DNA from: Candidatus Hadarchaeota archaeon
GTDB taxonomy: Archaea > Hadarchaeota > Hadarchaeia > Hadarchaeales > WYZ-LMO6
Assembly: GCA_964509845.1 (NCBI GenBank)
Contig: CAZDZG010000002.1
Coordinates: 1 to 44,468, forward strand
DNA length: 44,468 nt
Direction: 5' to 3'
A program made the position numbers and the translations under genes. Position 1 is the stretch's first letter. Every line of letters begins with the position of its first letter. The notes under the pieces were generated by a model. That model saw nothing but the letters and a program-made list of their open reading frames with translations. It was not told the DNA's origin and made no database searches. Shown in pieces: positions 9,334 to 17,608 of this stretch.

Positions 9334-9341
9334 TTTTTATA
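9334..9341 (+). promoter_or_regulatory. TATA box (with purine-rich BRE) of the atwA operon
   Basis: GGGAAGA-TTTTTATA about 22 nt upstream of ATG 9363, consistent with a leaderless or short-leader mRNA. Confidence 0.65.
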
Positions 9342-9362
9342 CCGTACATGAAAAAAGGAAGG

Positions 9363-10982
9363 ATGCCTGAGGACTTCCTGATCGTAAGGGATCTCACCAA
9401 GGAGTTTATCCCCGGCCTACCCGTCGTGAGGAACATCTCCTTCACCCTGCAAGAGGCCAAGACCTTTGGACTGCTGGGAAAAAGCGGGCAGGGGAAGTCC
9501 GTGATCATGCAGGCCATCCGCGGGGTTCCCGAGTACGAGCCCACCACCGGGGAAATCATCTTCAGGGTGGCCTACTGCCCCAGCTGCCACTGGGTGGAGT
9601 ATCCCTCCAAGGCCGGGGAGTCCTGTCCCAAGTGCTCCACCAGGATGGAGTTCAGGGAGGTGAACTACTGGGAAGAGCTGCACAAGCAGAGCCTCATAGG
9701 CAAGTCCATTCACGACAGGATGGCCATCATGCCCCAGCGCGGCTTCTCCCTTTACAGCGAGTTCCCGGCCGTGGAGAACATAAGGAGGGTGCTGCTGAGC
9801 ATAGGGTATCCCGAGGCGGAGGTGGACTTGAGGGCGGTGGAGCTCCTCTCGAGCGTGAGGCTCCAGCACAGGCTCCTGCACCTGGGCAGGGACCTGTCGG
9901 GAGGGGAGAAGCAGAGGGTTATCTTCGCCATGTGCCTTGCTAGGAATCCCCTGCTCTTCCTGGCGGATGAGCCCACCGGGACCCTGGATCCCATAACCAG
10001 CGTGGTGGTGTCGGACGTGATAAAGGAAGCCGTGGAGAGGGACAGGATCTCCCTTCTCCTCACCTCCCACTGGCCGGAGGCCATCAAGATGCTCACGGAG
10101 GAAGCCATCCTCATCGAGAACGGCGAGATGGTCATGAAGGGGAAGTCGGAGGATGTTTACCATGCCTTCATGGAGAAGGTGGAGAAGCTTGAGGTTCAGA
10201 GGTTCAAGGGAACCAACCCCATAGTGAAGTGCGAGGGGGTGAGGAAGTGGTACTACACCTTCGACAGGGGACTGGTAAAGGCGGTGGACGGGGTGGACCT
10301 GGAGATATACGAGGGGGAGGTCTTCGGAATAGTGGGCCTGAGCGGGAGCGGGAAGACCACGCTGGCCCACATGATCATGGGGATCAAGCCCGTGACCCAG
10401 GGGAAGATCTCGGTCAGGATAGGGGAGGAGTGGGTAGACATGGGCATTCCGGGTCCAGACGAGAGGGGGAGGGCCACCGTGCACATGGACATCCTGCATC
10501 AGGAGTACACTCTGCACGCCGGAAGGATCATCCTGGAGAACCTCATAGGGGTGGTGACCGAGCCCCTGCCGGAGGAGGTGAAAACCCAGCGGGCCTACGA
10601 GGTGCTGAGGGCGGTGAACTTCACGGACCCGGAGATAGATTACCTCCTCTACAAGTTCCCGGACCAGCTCAGCGAGGGGGAGAGGCACAGGGTCTGCATA
10701 GCCAGGTCCCTCATGAAGAAGCCCAAGCTGGTTCTCCTGGATGAGCCCACCGGGACGGCGGATCCCATCACCAGGGTGGAGATAGCCAAGAGCATAAGGA
10801 GTGCCAGGGACTCCTTGAACCAGACCTACCTCATCATAAGCCACGATATAGACTTCATGAAGCTCGCCTGCGACAGGGTGGCCTACATGAGACACGGGAA
10901 GATACTTGCCATAGGGGATCCGGACGAGATAATAGAAATGATGGTGAGGACGGAGAGGGAGGCCCTCCAGAAGGGGGGATGA
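9363..10982 (+). CDS. atwA: Methyl-coenzyme M reductase system component A2 (dual ABC ATPase with Zn motif)
   Basis: Two NBDs (GKSGQGKS/LSGGEKQR and GLSGSGKT/LSEGERHR), A2-specific insert CPSCHWVE...CPKC, DEPTGTLDP, TSHWPE, EWVDM..PG..ERGRA, LHQEY. No membrane domain. Confidence 0.92.
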   Translation: MPEDFLIVRDLTKEFIPGLPVVRNISFTLQEAKTFGLLGKSGQGKSVIMQAIRGVPEYEPTTGEIIFRVAYCPSCHWVEYPSKAGESCPKCSTRMEFREVNYWEELHKQSLIGKSIHDRMAIMPQRGFSLYSEFPAVENIRRVLLSIGYPEAEVDLRAVELLSSVRLQHRLLHLGRDLSGGEKQRVIFAMCLARNPLLFLADEPTGTLDPITSVVVSDVIKEAVERDRISLLLTSHWPEAIKMLTEEAILIENGEMVMKGKSEDVYHAFMEKVEKLEVQRFKGTNPIVKCEGVRKWYYTFDRGLVKAVDGVDLEIYEGEVFGIVGLSGSGKTTLAHMIMGIKPVTQGKISVRIGEEWVDMGIPGPDERGRATVHMDILHQEYTLHAGRIILENLIGVVTEPLPEEVKTQRAYEVLRAVNFTDPEIDYLLYKFPDQLSEGERHRVCIARSLMKKPKLVLLDEPTGTADPITRVEIAKSIRSARDSLNQTYLIISHDIDFMKLACDRVAYMRHGKILAIGDPDEIIEMMVRTEREALQKGG

Positions 10983-11824
10983 TGGTGTACGACGAGGCCC
11001 TCACGGAGGAGATAAAGCGGCTGGCGATCTCCCTCGGGGCGGACAAGGTGGGGGTGGGAGAGGCCGACAGGGCGGACAAGACCCCCATGTTCTTCGCCTC
11101 CCCCTACTCCTTCATCAAGGATGCCAAGGCCGTGGTCTCCTTCTGCATCAGGTACCCGGAGGGGGCCCTTTCCTTTTCCAAGGAGGACTTCTTCGTCCTT
11201 CTCTCCTCTTTCGCCTCCGTAAGGGAGGCCCTGCTGAGGAAGCTCAACGAGATAGGCCTCGCCCTGGCCAGGGAGCTGGAGAAAAAGGGATACAGGGCGG
11301 TTCCGCTGGAGGCCAACCTGCCCGTGGATGAGAGAAGGTGGGTGAGCTGCCTGCTCTCGCACAGGTATCTGGCCCAGATCTCTGGTCTGGGGGATATAGG
11401 CGCCAACAACATGCTCCTCACCCCGGAGTGGGGGCCCAGGGTGGAGCTGGGGAGCGTGATCACGAACGCTCCCCTGAGGCCCGACGGGCCCAAGCTGGCG
11501 GGCAAGATATACGAGGAGACCTGCAAGACCTGCTTCAAGTGCGTGGAGGCCTGTCCCACCCAGGCCCTGAGCAGGGAGAAGGTGCCCCCCTACAACTTCG
11601 AGCTCAACCGCTGCCTCTGGGCAACGCAGGGATGGCTGATGCTGTCCAAGATCGAGATCCCGCCCGAGGAGTGGGTGGCCGCCAGGCCCACCGCCATGAT
11701 CCTGTTGCCCAAGTACACCGCCAAGTACCCGTTCATCAAGGTGTACCAGGAGTGGCAGAAGAGGAAGATGGACTTCCCCTGCTGCATAGAGTGCACGCTG
11801 GCCTGTCCGGTGGGGAGGAAGTGA
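10979..11824 (+). CDS. QueG/reductive-dehalogenase-like 4Fe-4S (probable cobalamin-binding) protein
   Basis: GAD.VGV, SHR..A...GLG.IG.N..LLTPEWGPRV.LGSVITN, CxxCxxCxxxCP and C-terminal C..CxxCxxxCP. ATGA-coupled to atwA. Confidence 0.8.
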   Translation: MMVYDEALTEEIKRLAISLGADKVGVGEADRADKTPMFFASPYSFIKDAKAVVSFCIRYPEGALSFSKEDFFVLLSSFASVREALLRKLNEIGLALARELEKKGYRAVPLEANLPVDERRWVSCLLSHRYLAQISGLGDIGANNMLLTPEWGPRVELGSVITNAPLRPDGPKLAGKIYEETCKTCFKCVEACPTQALSREKVPPYNFELNRCLWATQGWLMLSKIEIPPEEWVAARPTAMILLPKYTAKYPFIKVYQEWQKRKMDFPCCIECTLACPVGRK

Positions 11825-11825
11825 G

Positions 11826-12068
11826 GTGAGGCTCCTAGAGTGCACTGCCTGTGGCTGGAAGGGAGGGGAAGGGGAAACGGTGAAGGTCTACGTTTGTCCC
11901 GACTGCGGCACGGGGCACCTGAAGCTTTTCCGCCTTCTCAAACGGAGGGATGGAAGGCTGCAGTGTCCCAAGTGCACCTGGATAGGGACCCCGGAAGAGG
12001 CGGTCAGCGAGCCCGAGTGCCCGAAGTGCGGCAATCCCTACCTGAGGGAAGAACCCGTGGCGCCCTAG
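11826..12068 (+). CDS. 80-aa protein with four CxxC motifs (tandem duplicated Zn-ribbon/rubredoxin-like units)
   Basis: CTAC, CPDC, CPKC, CPKC. Follows the previous stop by 1 nt. Confidence 0.75.
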   Translation: MRLLECTACGWKGGEGETVKVYVCPDCGTGHLKLFRLLKRRDGRLQCPKCTWIGTPEEAVSEPECPKCGNPYLREEPVAP

Positions 12069-12084
12069 GAGGGCCCTTCGGTTA

Positions 12085-13311
12085 TCAGAGGGCCTGGGCC
12101 ACCAGCTCCGTCAGGTCGTAGACCTTGAGCGGCAGCTGGGAGGCTTCCACGGCATCGCTCAGGTTTCTGCGGCAGAAGGGGCAGGTGGATACGATGGCTT
12201 GGGCCCCCGTTTCCTGGGCCTCCTTCAGCCTTTCCGTGGCGGTCCAGATGGCCCACTCGGGATAGGCCGACTTGACCCCTCCCCCCGCCCCGCAGCACCA
12301 GGAGAGCTCCCTGTTGCGGGGCATCTCCGTGAACTTCAGCTGGGGAAGGGCCTTCAGCACGTTTCTCGGGGGCTCGAAGACCTTTTCCTTCTCAAGCTCG
12401 GAAAGGTAGATGGAAACGTGCCTGCCCGAGTGACAGGGATCGTGATAGGTCACGTGCAGGGGCAAGGGGTTGGAGAACCTTATCTTTCCCTCCTGGAGCA
12501 GGGAATTGAGGAGCTCCGCCGTGGTGAGGATCTCGAAGTCGGGCTTTATCCCGAACATGTTGGGATAATCGAGCTTGAGGGTCTTGTAGCACCCGGCGCA
12601 GGAGGTGATGACCCTCTCGGCCCCCGCATCCCTTAGGACGTCCACGTTGTGCCTGGCCATCTCTTCCGCCAGCTTCCTCTGCCCCGTTCGCAGCAGGGGG
12701 GAACCACAGCACCACTCCTCTTCCCCCAGCAGCCCGAACTCCATTCCCAGCTTTTCAAGGATCTTCACGGTGGCCCGGGCTATCGCCTGCTGCCTGTAGG
12801 AGGCGGTGCATCCCACGAAGTAAATGGTCTTGGCTTTCCTCGGGTACCTGCTCCCGTTGGCCCAGGCGGTGCGGTTCTGGGGGGGCTCGTGATAGGGGTT
12901 GTGGTTGAGCCTGATGCTTTCTCCGTATCTGGTGTGGGCGGGCAGGGGCCCCCAGCCTATCTCCACCAGGTAGGCCCGCAGGTCCTCCATGATCTTCACC
13001 GTATCCTCGGCCCTGTATCCCAGGCCCGAGTGATCCTTGCAGTTGACCGAGCAGGAGCCGCAGAGGGTGCAGGCGTAGACCACGTCCAGCAAGCCCTTGG
13101 TGGGCGTGACGATGATGTCTTCGTTCAGTCCCCTGACCAGCTCCATCTTGCCGTAGGAGTAGAAGGCCTCGTGCCCGAAGTAGGTACCGCTGGGACAGTT
13201 GTTCATTACCTTGCCAAGCTTGTGATAGTCCCCCACCGTACAGGCCCTGCAATGAGCGCAAAGATAGCTCAACTTATGCCATTTCTTGATCGTTTCCGTT
13301 TTGGGAGGCAC
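12085..13311 (-). CDS. (Fe-S)-binding protein with two CCG domains (HdrD/GlpC/GlcF-like), copy 1
   Basis: CAHCRAC..CP, CTLCGSCSVNC, YFVGC, WCCGSP, SCAGC, YHDPCH, WCCGAGGG, TCPFC. Start inferred at GTG 13311, about 22 nt past a TATA box. Confidence 0.85.
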   Translation of the reverse strand: MPPKTETIKKWHKLSYLCAHCRACTVGDYHKLGKVMNNCPSGTYFGHEAFYSYGKMELVRGLNEDIIVTPTKGLLDVVYACTLCGSCSVNCKDHSGLGYRAEDTVKIMEDLRAYLVEIGWGPLPAHTRYGESIRLNHNPYHEPPQNRTAWANGSRYPRKAKTIYFVGCTASYRQQAIARATVKILEKLGMEFGLLGEEEWCCGSPLLRTGQRKLAEEMARHNVDVLRDAGAERVITSCAGCYKTLKLDYPNMFGIKPDFEILTTAELLNSLLQEGKIRFSNPLPLHVTYHDPCHSGRHVSIYLSELEKEKVFEPPRNVLKALPQLKFTEMPRNRELSWCCGAGGGVKSAYPEWAIWTATERLKEAQETGAQAIVSTCPFCRRNLSDAVEASQLPLKVYDLTELVAQAL

Positions 13312-13332
13312 AAAGATAGAAGGGGTATCCTC

Positions 13333-13340
13333 TTTATAAG
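13333..13340 (-). promoter_or_regulatory. TATA box for the CCG Fe-S gene
   Basis: CTTATAAA on the minus strand in an AT-rich divergent spacer. Confidence 0.6.
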
Positions 13341-13426
13341 TATTTCGCCTTAGTGCTTCGGTATCCTCACTAAGAGGAAAATTATTTCGGCTGTTTGAGG
13401 ACAAAGAGGAAAAGACCTTCGATAAA

Positions 13427-13434
13427 TTTATAAA
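13427..13434 (+). promoter_or_regulatory. TATA box for the hypothetical/FAD-oxidoreductase/CoA-transferase operon
   Basis: Consensus TTTATAAA, followed by RBS GAGGAGG and ATG 13456. Confidence 0.7.
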
Positions 13435-13455
13435 GGCAGGGAGAAAAAGAGGAGG

Positions 13456-14142
13456 ATGCCCTTAAGCGAGAAGGAACTGCTCGAAGAGATAGAGCGAAGG
13501 GCCATAGACAACAAGGAGAAAGCCGTTCAGGTTCGCGCCGGAAAGCTCTCCGGTGACACCGTGGTTTATATCGCCTTTACCCCCTACCTCCCCTGCCTCA
13601 TAAGGACAGGGGCGGCCGAGGCCAGGACCCTCTTCGGGATGAAGGCGGAAATAGCCTCCCTCGTGCTGAACGAGGACAACGAAGTCATCTTTTCCTACCT
13701 CATAAGGCTCGACGAGGGCTACGTCACCGATTACCAGAGGCTGGATCTGAACCTGACCCACCCCACCACCGGAGTTCCGCTGAGGGAGGCGATAAAGGGG
13801 AAGAGCGTTTACTGGAAGAACCCCACCGGTCCGGCCTTTGCGGCGGAGATCGTGGATCCCATCAGGAAGGACAAAAGCTATAAGCTGTTTACCGGAGTGG
13901 GTTATCTGAAGGACTTCGAGGAGGGCATGGCCATACCGGACGAGAACCTGGATGCCAAGTGCGCCCTCAACTACGACCTTCTGGAAGTGAGGAAGCGGGC
14001 GGCCATCTATCCCATGCCCCCCACCATGAGGGGATTCCTGCTCATGGGAAGGGCGGACTTCACGGACTGGCTCAGGGAGATCCTCGGAGGGGAGGACCTC
14101 CTTCCCCTCATCCCGACCCTCAAGGAGAGGATGGGGAGGTAG
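13456..14142 (+). CDS. Hypothetical protein (228 aa), first gene of the operon
   Basis: Good promoter and RBS, protein-like composition, 1-nt gap to the next gene. No family recognised. Confidence 0.8.
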   Translation: MPLSEKELLEEIERRAIDNKEKAVQVRAGKLSGDTVVYIAFTPYLPCLIRTGAAEARTLFGMKAEIASLVLNEDNEVIFSYLIRLDEGYVTDYQRLDLNLTHPTTGVPLREAIKGKSVYWKNPTGPAFAAEIVDPIRKDKSYKLFTGVGYLKDFEEGMAIPDENLDAKCALNYDLLEVRKRAAIYPMPPTMRGFLLMGRADFTDWLREILGGEDLLPLIPTLKERMGR

Positions 14143-14143
14143 C

Positions 14144-15616
14144 ATGGAAGCGGTTCCCAAGGACAGAATCCTGGCGCTTCTCCAGGACATAGTGGGGCCG
14201 GAGCACGCCACGGCCGATCCTGCCCTGCTCCTTCCCTACTCCAGGGACCAGCACTGGCCCATAGCCGGCATGCACATGCCGGACTACGTGGTGAGGCCCA
14301 AGACGGTGGAGGAAGTCCAGAAGATCCTGCGCCTGGCCAACAGGTACAGGATACCCGTGATTCCCGTGAGCAGCAACACCAACATCCGCGGCCTCACGAT
14401 TCCCCACCACGGGGGAATCATCCTGGACCTGAAGAGGATGGATTACCTGGAAATAGACCCGAAGAACAGGGCGGCCATCATAGGTCCAGGGGTGAGCTGT
14501 GCCAAGCTGGCGGATGAGGCCGAGAAGTACGGGCTGCGGCCGGTCATCCCGGGTGCTCCCTCCACGGTGAACATGCTCTCCAACTGCCTGCTCAGAGGGG
14601 TCTCCAACATAGGTCCCAGGTACGGGCACACGGGGGACCAGGTGCTGGGCATGGAGGTGGTCCTGCCCACGGGGGAGATCCTCTACACGGGGGCCATGGC
14701 CTTCCCCAACGTGGGCCCCTACTTCAGGTACTTCGGTCCCGACTTCGCCGGTCTCTTCCAGGGCCAGCCCGGAATCATGGGGGTGGTGACTAAGATGGCG
14801 GTCAGGCTCTATCCCCTGCCGGAGCGTCAGGAGATGTTCATGTGCGGCTTCAAGCAGAGGCCGGGGGAGCCGGAGGAGGGTCCCCTGCGCAGGGCGATGG
14901 CCTTCATGCACGATCTCATGCTCCACGATCCGCCGGTCATAACCTTCGGGGTCATTCTCCACTGGGTGGCGGCAGCCATCACCATGGTGGAGAAGCGAGA
15001 GGACATAGATGCCTTCAAGGGAACGCTGGGTGACTGGGTGGTGCTGGGCTCCATCGAGGGCTCCAGGGACTTCGTGAAGTACGCCAGGTCGGTGGTGGAG
15101 AAGGAAATCAAGAAGCACTGGGATAACATAGACGAGGGCAGGGAGGTGGTGCTCATGTCCAAGATGCTCAGGGATGAGCTGAAGGCCGCCCGCAGGATCT
15201 TCAGGTGGTTCAGGCTGGGGAACTACTACGCCCTGGCCTGGTGGGGTCCCCTGGACAGGTTCGACAAGTACTACTTCGAGGCCCTCAAGGTCTGGAGGGA
15301 ACTGGGGATCACGGAGGAGCTCTCCATCGTGGGCATCCCGGCCTATCCGTACGTGGGGCAGCTGACCTACTACGAGTTCGACAGCTTCTGGGACGCCACG
15401 GATCCGGAGAACACGGAAAGGATCAAGAAGTTCACGGAGATCATGTACCAGAAGATGATCGACCTGGGGATCTACTGCTGGTTCAGGCCCTACCCCGGGG
15501 TCTACGAGAGCACCATCCCCAGGCTGAAGGGGTGCCTGGGAGAGTTCTGGTACAGGATCAAGAAGCTCCTGGATCCGAACAACATCATGAACCCCGGCAA
15601 GGTTTTCCCCGAGTAA
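14144..15616 (+). CDS. FAD-binding oxidoreductase, VAO/PCMH/GlcD superfamily, copy 1
   Basis: PDYVVRP.TVEEVQ.IL, GGIILDLKRM, GMEVVLPTGEIL.TG, G.MGVVTK, LDPNNIMNPGK. Confidence 0.88.
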   Translation: MEAVPKDRILALLQDIVGPEHATADPALLLPYSRDQHWPIAGMHMPDYVVRPKTVEEVQKILRLANRYRIPVIPVSSNTNIRGLTIPHHGGIILDLKRMDYLEIDPKNRAAIIGPGVSCAKLADEAEKYGLRPVIPGAPSTVNMLSNCLLRGVSNIGPRYGHTGDQVLGMEVVLPTGEILYTGAMAFPNVGPYFRYFGPDFAGLFQGQPGIMGVVTKMAVRLYPLPERQEMFMCGFKQRPGEPEEGPLRRAMAFMHDLMLHDPPVITFGVILHWVAAAITMVEKREDIDAFKGTLGDWVVLGSIEGSRDFVKYARSVVEKEIKKHWDNIDEGREVVLMSKMLRDELKAARRIFRWFRLGNYYALAWWGPLDRFDKYYFEALKVWRELGITEELSIVGIPAYPYVGQLTYYEFDSFWDATDPENTERIKKFTEIMYQKMIDLGIYCWFRPYPGVYESTIPRLKGCLGEFWYRIKKLLDPNNIMNPGKVFPE

Positions 15617-15620
15617 CCCG

Positions 15621-16661
15621 GTGTCCGGATTGAAAGAGCCAGACAAGCTGATGACGGCCAAGGAGGCCATCAAGAAGTTTGTGAGGGATGGTTGCAGCCT
15701 GACCCTGGCCAACTTCGCCACCTCCGAGCCCTTCGCCCTGGTCCACGAGGTGATAAGGCAGAGGAAGAGGAATCTTTACCTCATCAAGTCCTCCGGCTTC
15801 ATGGCCTCGGACCAGCTCCTGGCCGCGGGCTGCCTGAAGAGGATCCTCACCTCCTGGCACCTCCGCATGTCCCCCACCTCCTACTACTCCCCCATCGACA
15901 AGCTGCTCAAGGAGAAGAAGGTGGAGGTGGAGGATTACACCAACTGGACGGTGGCCGCCAGGCTGCTGGCCGGGGCCTGGGGACTCCCCTTCTTCCCCGT
16001 CAGGGATTCCCTCCTCCTGACCGACATAGCGAGGATAAGGAGCTTCGAGGGGGAGAACAAGCTGAAGGTGATAGAGAACCCCTTCAGGCCGGGGGAGAGG
16101 GTGGTGCTGGTTCCGCCCCTGAACCCCGACGTGGCGCTGATCCACGCCCAGCGTGCCGACGTGCACGGCAACGTCCAGCTCTGGGGCCCGCTGGGGGACA
16201 CGGTTTACGCGGCCCTGGCCAGCAAGGTGATCATCGCCAGCGTGGAGGAGATCGTGGAGGAGGAGAACATAAGGAGGTCTCCCTTCCTCACCATCCTTCC
16301 GGACTTCAGGGTGAACGCGCTGGTCCACGAGGAGTGGGGCGCCCATCCCATGGAATGCCTGGGATACTACGACATGGATGAGCCTTTCCTCCTCATCTGG
16401 TATGCCCTCCTGACCAGGAAGATGATGGAGAGCTTCATGGACGAGTGGATCTTCGGGGTGGAGAACCGGAGGGAGTACATAGAGCACTACATAGAGAGGT
16501 TCGGAATAGAGAAGCTCAACAGCCTGAGGGCCAAGAAATACCTGTCGGACACCGTTAACCTGGGTTCCACCTTCGAGGGGGACATGAAGAGGTGGGGGAT
16601 AGAGTGGAGCATCTTCGACCAGCCCATCTCCGAGATGGTGGAGTGGGAGGTGGAGGGTTGA
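15621..16661 (+). CDS. CoA-transferase family I subunit A (glutaconate CoA-transferase GctA-like)
   Basis: KLMT..EAI..FVRDG, AGAWGLPF.P, NPF, PDVALIHAQRAD..GN, GAHP....GYY. Confidence 0.88.
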   Translation: MSGLKEPDKLMTAKEAIKKFVRDGCSLTLANFATSEPFALVHEVIRQRKRNLYLIKSSGFMASDQLLAAGCLKRILTSWHLRMSPTSYYSPIDKLLKEKKVEVEDYTNWTVAARLLAGAWGLPFFPVRDSLLLTDIARIRSFEGENKLKVIENPFRPGERVVLVPPLNPDVALIHAQRADVHGNVQLWGPLGDTVYAALASKVIIASVEEIVEEENIRRSPFLTILPDFRVNALVHEEWGAHPMECLGYYDMDEPFLLIWYALLTRKMMESFMDEWIFGVENRREYIEHYIERFGIEKLNSLRAKKYLSDTVNLGSTFEGDMKRWGIEWSIFDQPISEMVEWEVEG

Positions 16662-17608
16662 AGATAAGGATCACTCCCTTGGAGATGATGGCCTATTCCC
16701 TGGCCAGGGAGCTCAGGGACGGGGAGATAGCCTTCGTGGGACAGGGGCACCCCATCGTGGCGGCCTGTCTGGCCAAGAAGTTCTTCGCCCCCAACCTGAA
16801 GATCCTGATGGAGGGGGGGATCTACGGCTCGGACCCCTACCGCCCCCCCTGGCACATCGCCGATCTGACGGCCAGCAGGGGATGCCGCATGCTCACGGAC
16901 TTCGCAGGGGTCTTCCTTGGCATTCTCTCCAGGGGCTTCGTGGACGTGGGAATCCTGGGGTGCTCCCAGGTGGACAAGTACGGAAACATCAACACCACCG
17001 TGGTGGGGGACTACTTCAATCCCGTCCTGAGGCTTCCCGGGAGCGGGGGAGCCCATGAGGTGGGGGCCTTCGCCAAGAGGCTTCTCATCACCCTGGCGGG
17101 GGGAAGGTTCGTGGAAAAGCTGGATTACGTGACCACTCCGGGCTGGCTGGATGGGGGGGACTCCAGGAGGAGGGCGGGGCTGCCGGGGGGACCTGAGGTC
17201 CTCATCACCAAGAAGGGGATCTTCAGGTTCCACCCCGAGACCAAGGAGATGTACCTGGACGCCAGGTATCCCTGGGTCTCGGTGGAGGAGATAAAGAAGG
17301 ACGTGCCCTGGGATCTCAAGCTGGCGGAGGATGGGGTGAAGGTGGCCCCCCTTCCCACCCCGGAGCAGCTCAGGTTCATCAGGGAGTTCTCCCCCCTGAC
17401 CGCCCTCAGGAGGGACTACTACGTTATGGAGAAGCTCACGGAGAGGCACTGGATGCTGGAGCCCTCCGACGAGCCCCTCCTCACCAGGATAGTAGAGATA
17501 AGGGACGAGGAAAGGGAGGCCATAAAGAGGAGGATTGAGGAGAAGAGGAGGGCCAGGGGCAGCTTCTTCAAGAAGGAGATCGAGAGGTGGAGGGCCTCAG
17601 GCCAGTAG
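16658..17608 (+). CDS. CoA-transferase family I subunit B (GctB-like)
   Basis: LAREL.DG...FVG.G.P, APNL.IL.EGG (catalytic Glu), QVDKYGNINTT, RLPGSGG, FVEKLDY.T.PG. TTGA overlap with subunit A. Confidence 0.88.
   Translation: MKIRITPLEMMAYSLARELRDGEIAFVGQGHPIVAACLAKKFFAPNLKILMEGGIYGSDPYRPPWHIADLTASRGCRMLTDFAGVFLGILSRGFVDVGILGCSQVDKYGNINTTVVGDYFNPVLRLPGSGGAHEVGAFAKRLLITLAGGRFVEKLDYVTTPGWLDGGDSRRRAGLPGGPEVLITKKGIFRFHPETKEMYLDARYPWVSVEEIKKDVPWDLKLAEDGVKVAPLPTPEQLRFIREFSPLTALRRDYYVMEKLTERHWMLEPSDEPLLTRIVEIRDEEREAIKRRIEEKRRARGSFFKKEIERWRASGQ

Noticed and set aside
7974-10982. 1002-aa ORF suggesting a large AtwA fusion
   Set aside because: The N-terminal part is low-complexity off-frame sequence over argS; a TATA box and ATG 9363 mark the real start.
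10979-11824. True organohalide reductive dehalogenase or bona fide queG
   Set aside because: Short, no Tat signal or anchor gene, and no queuosine context; only fold-level similarity is supportable.
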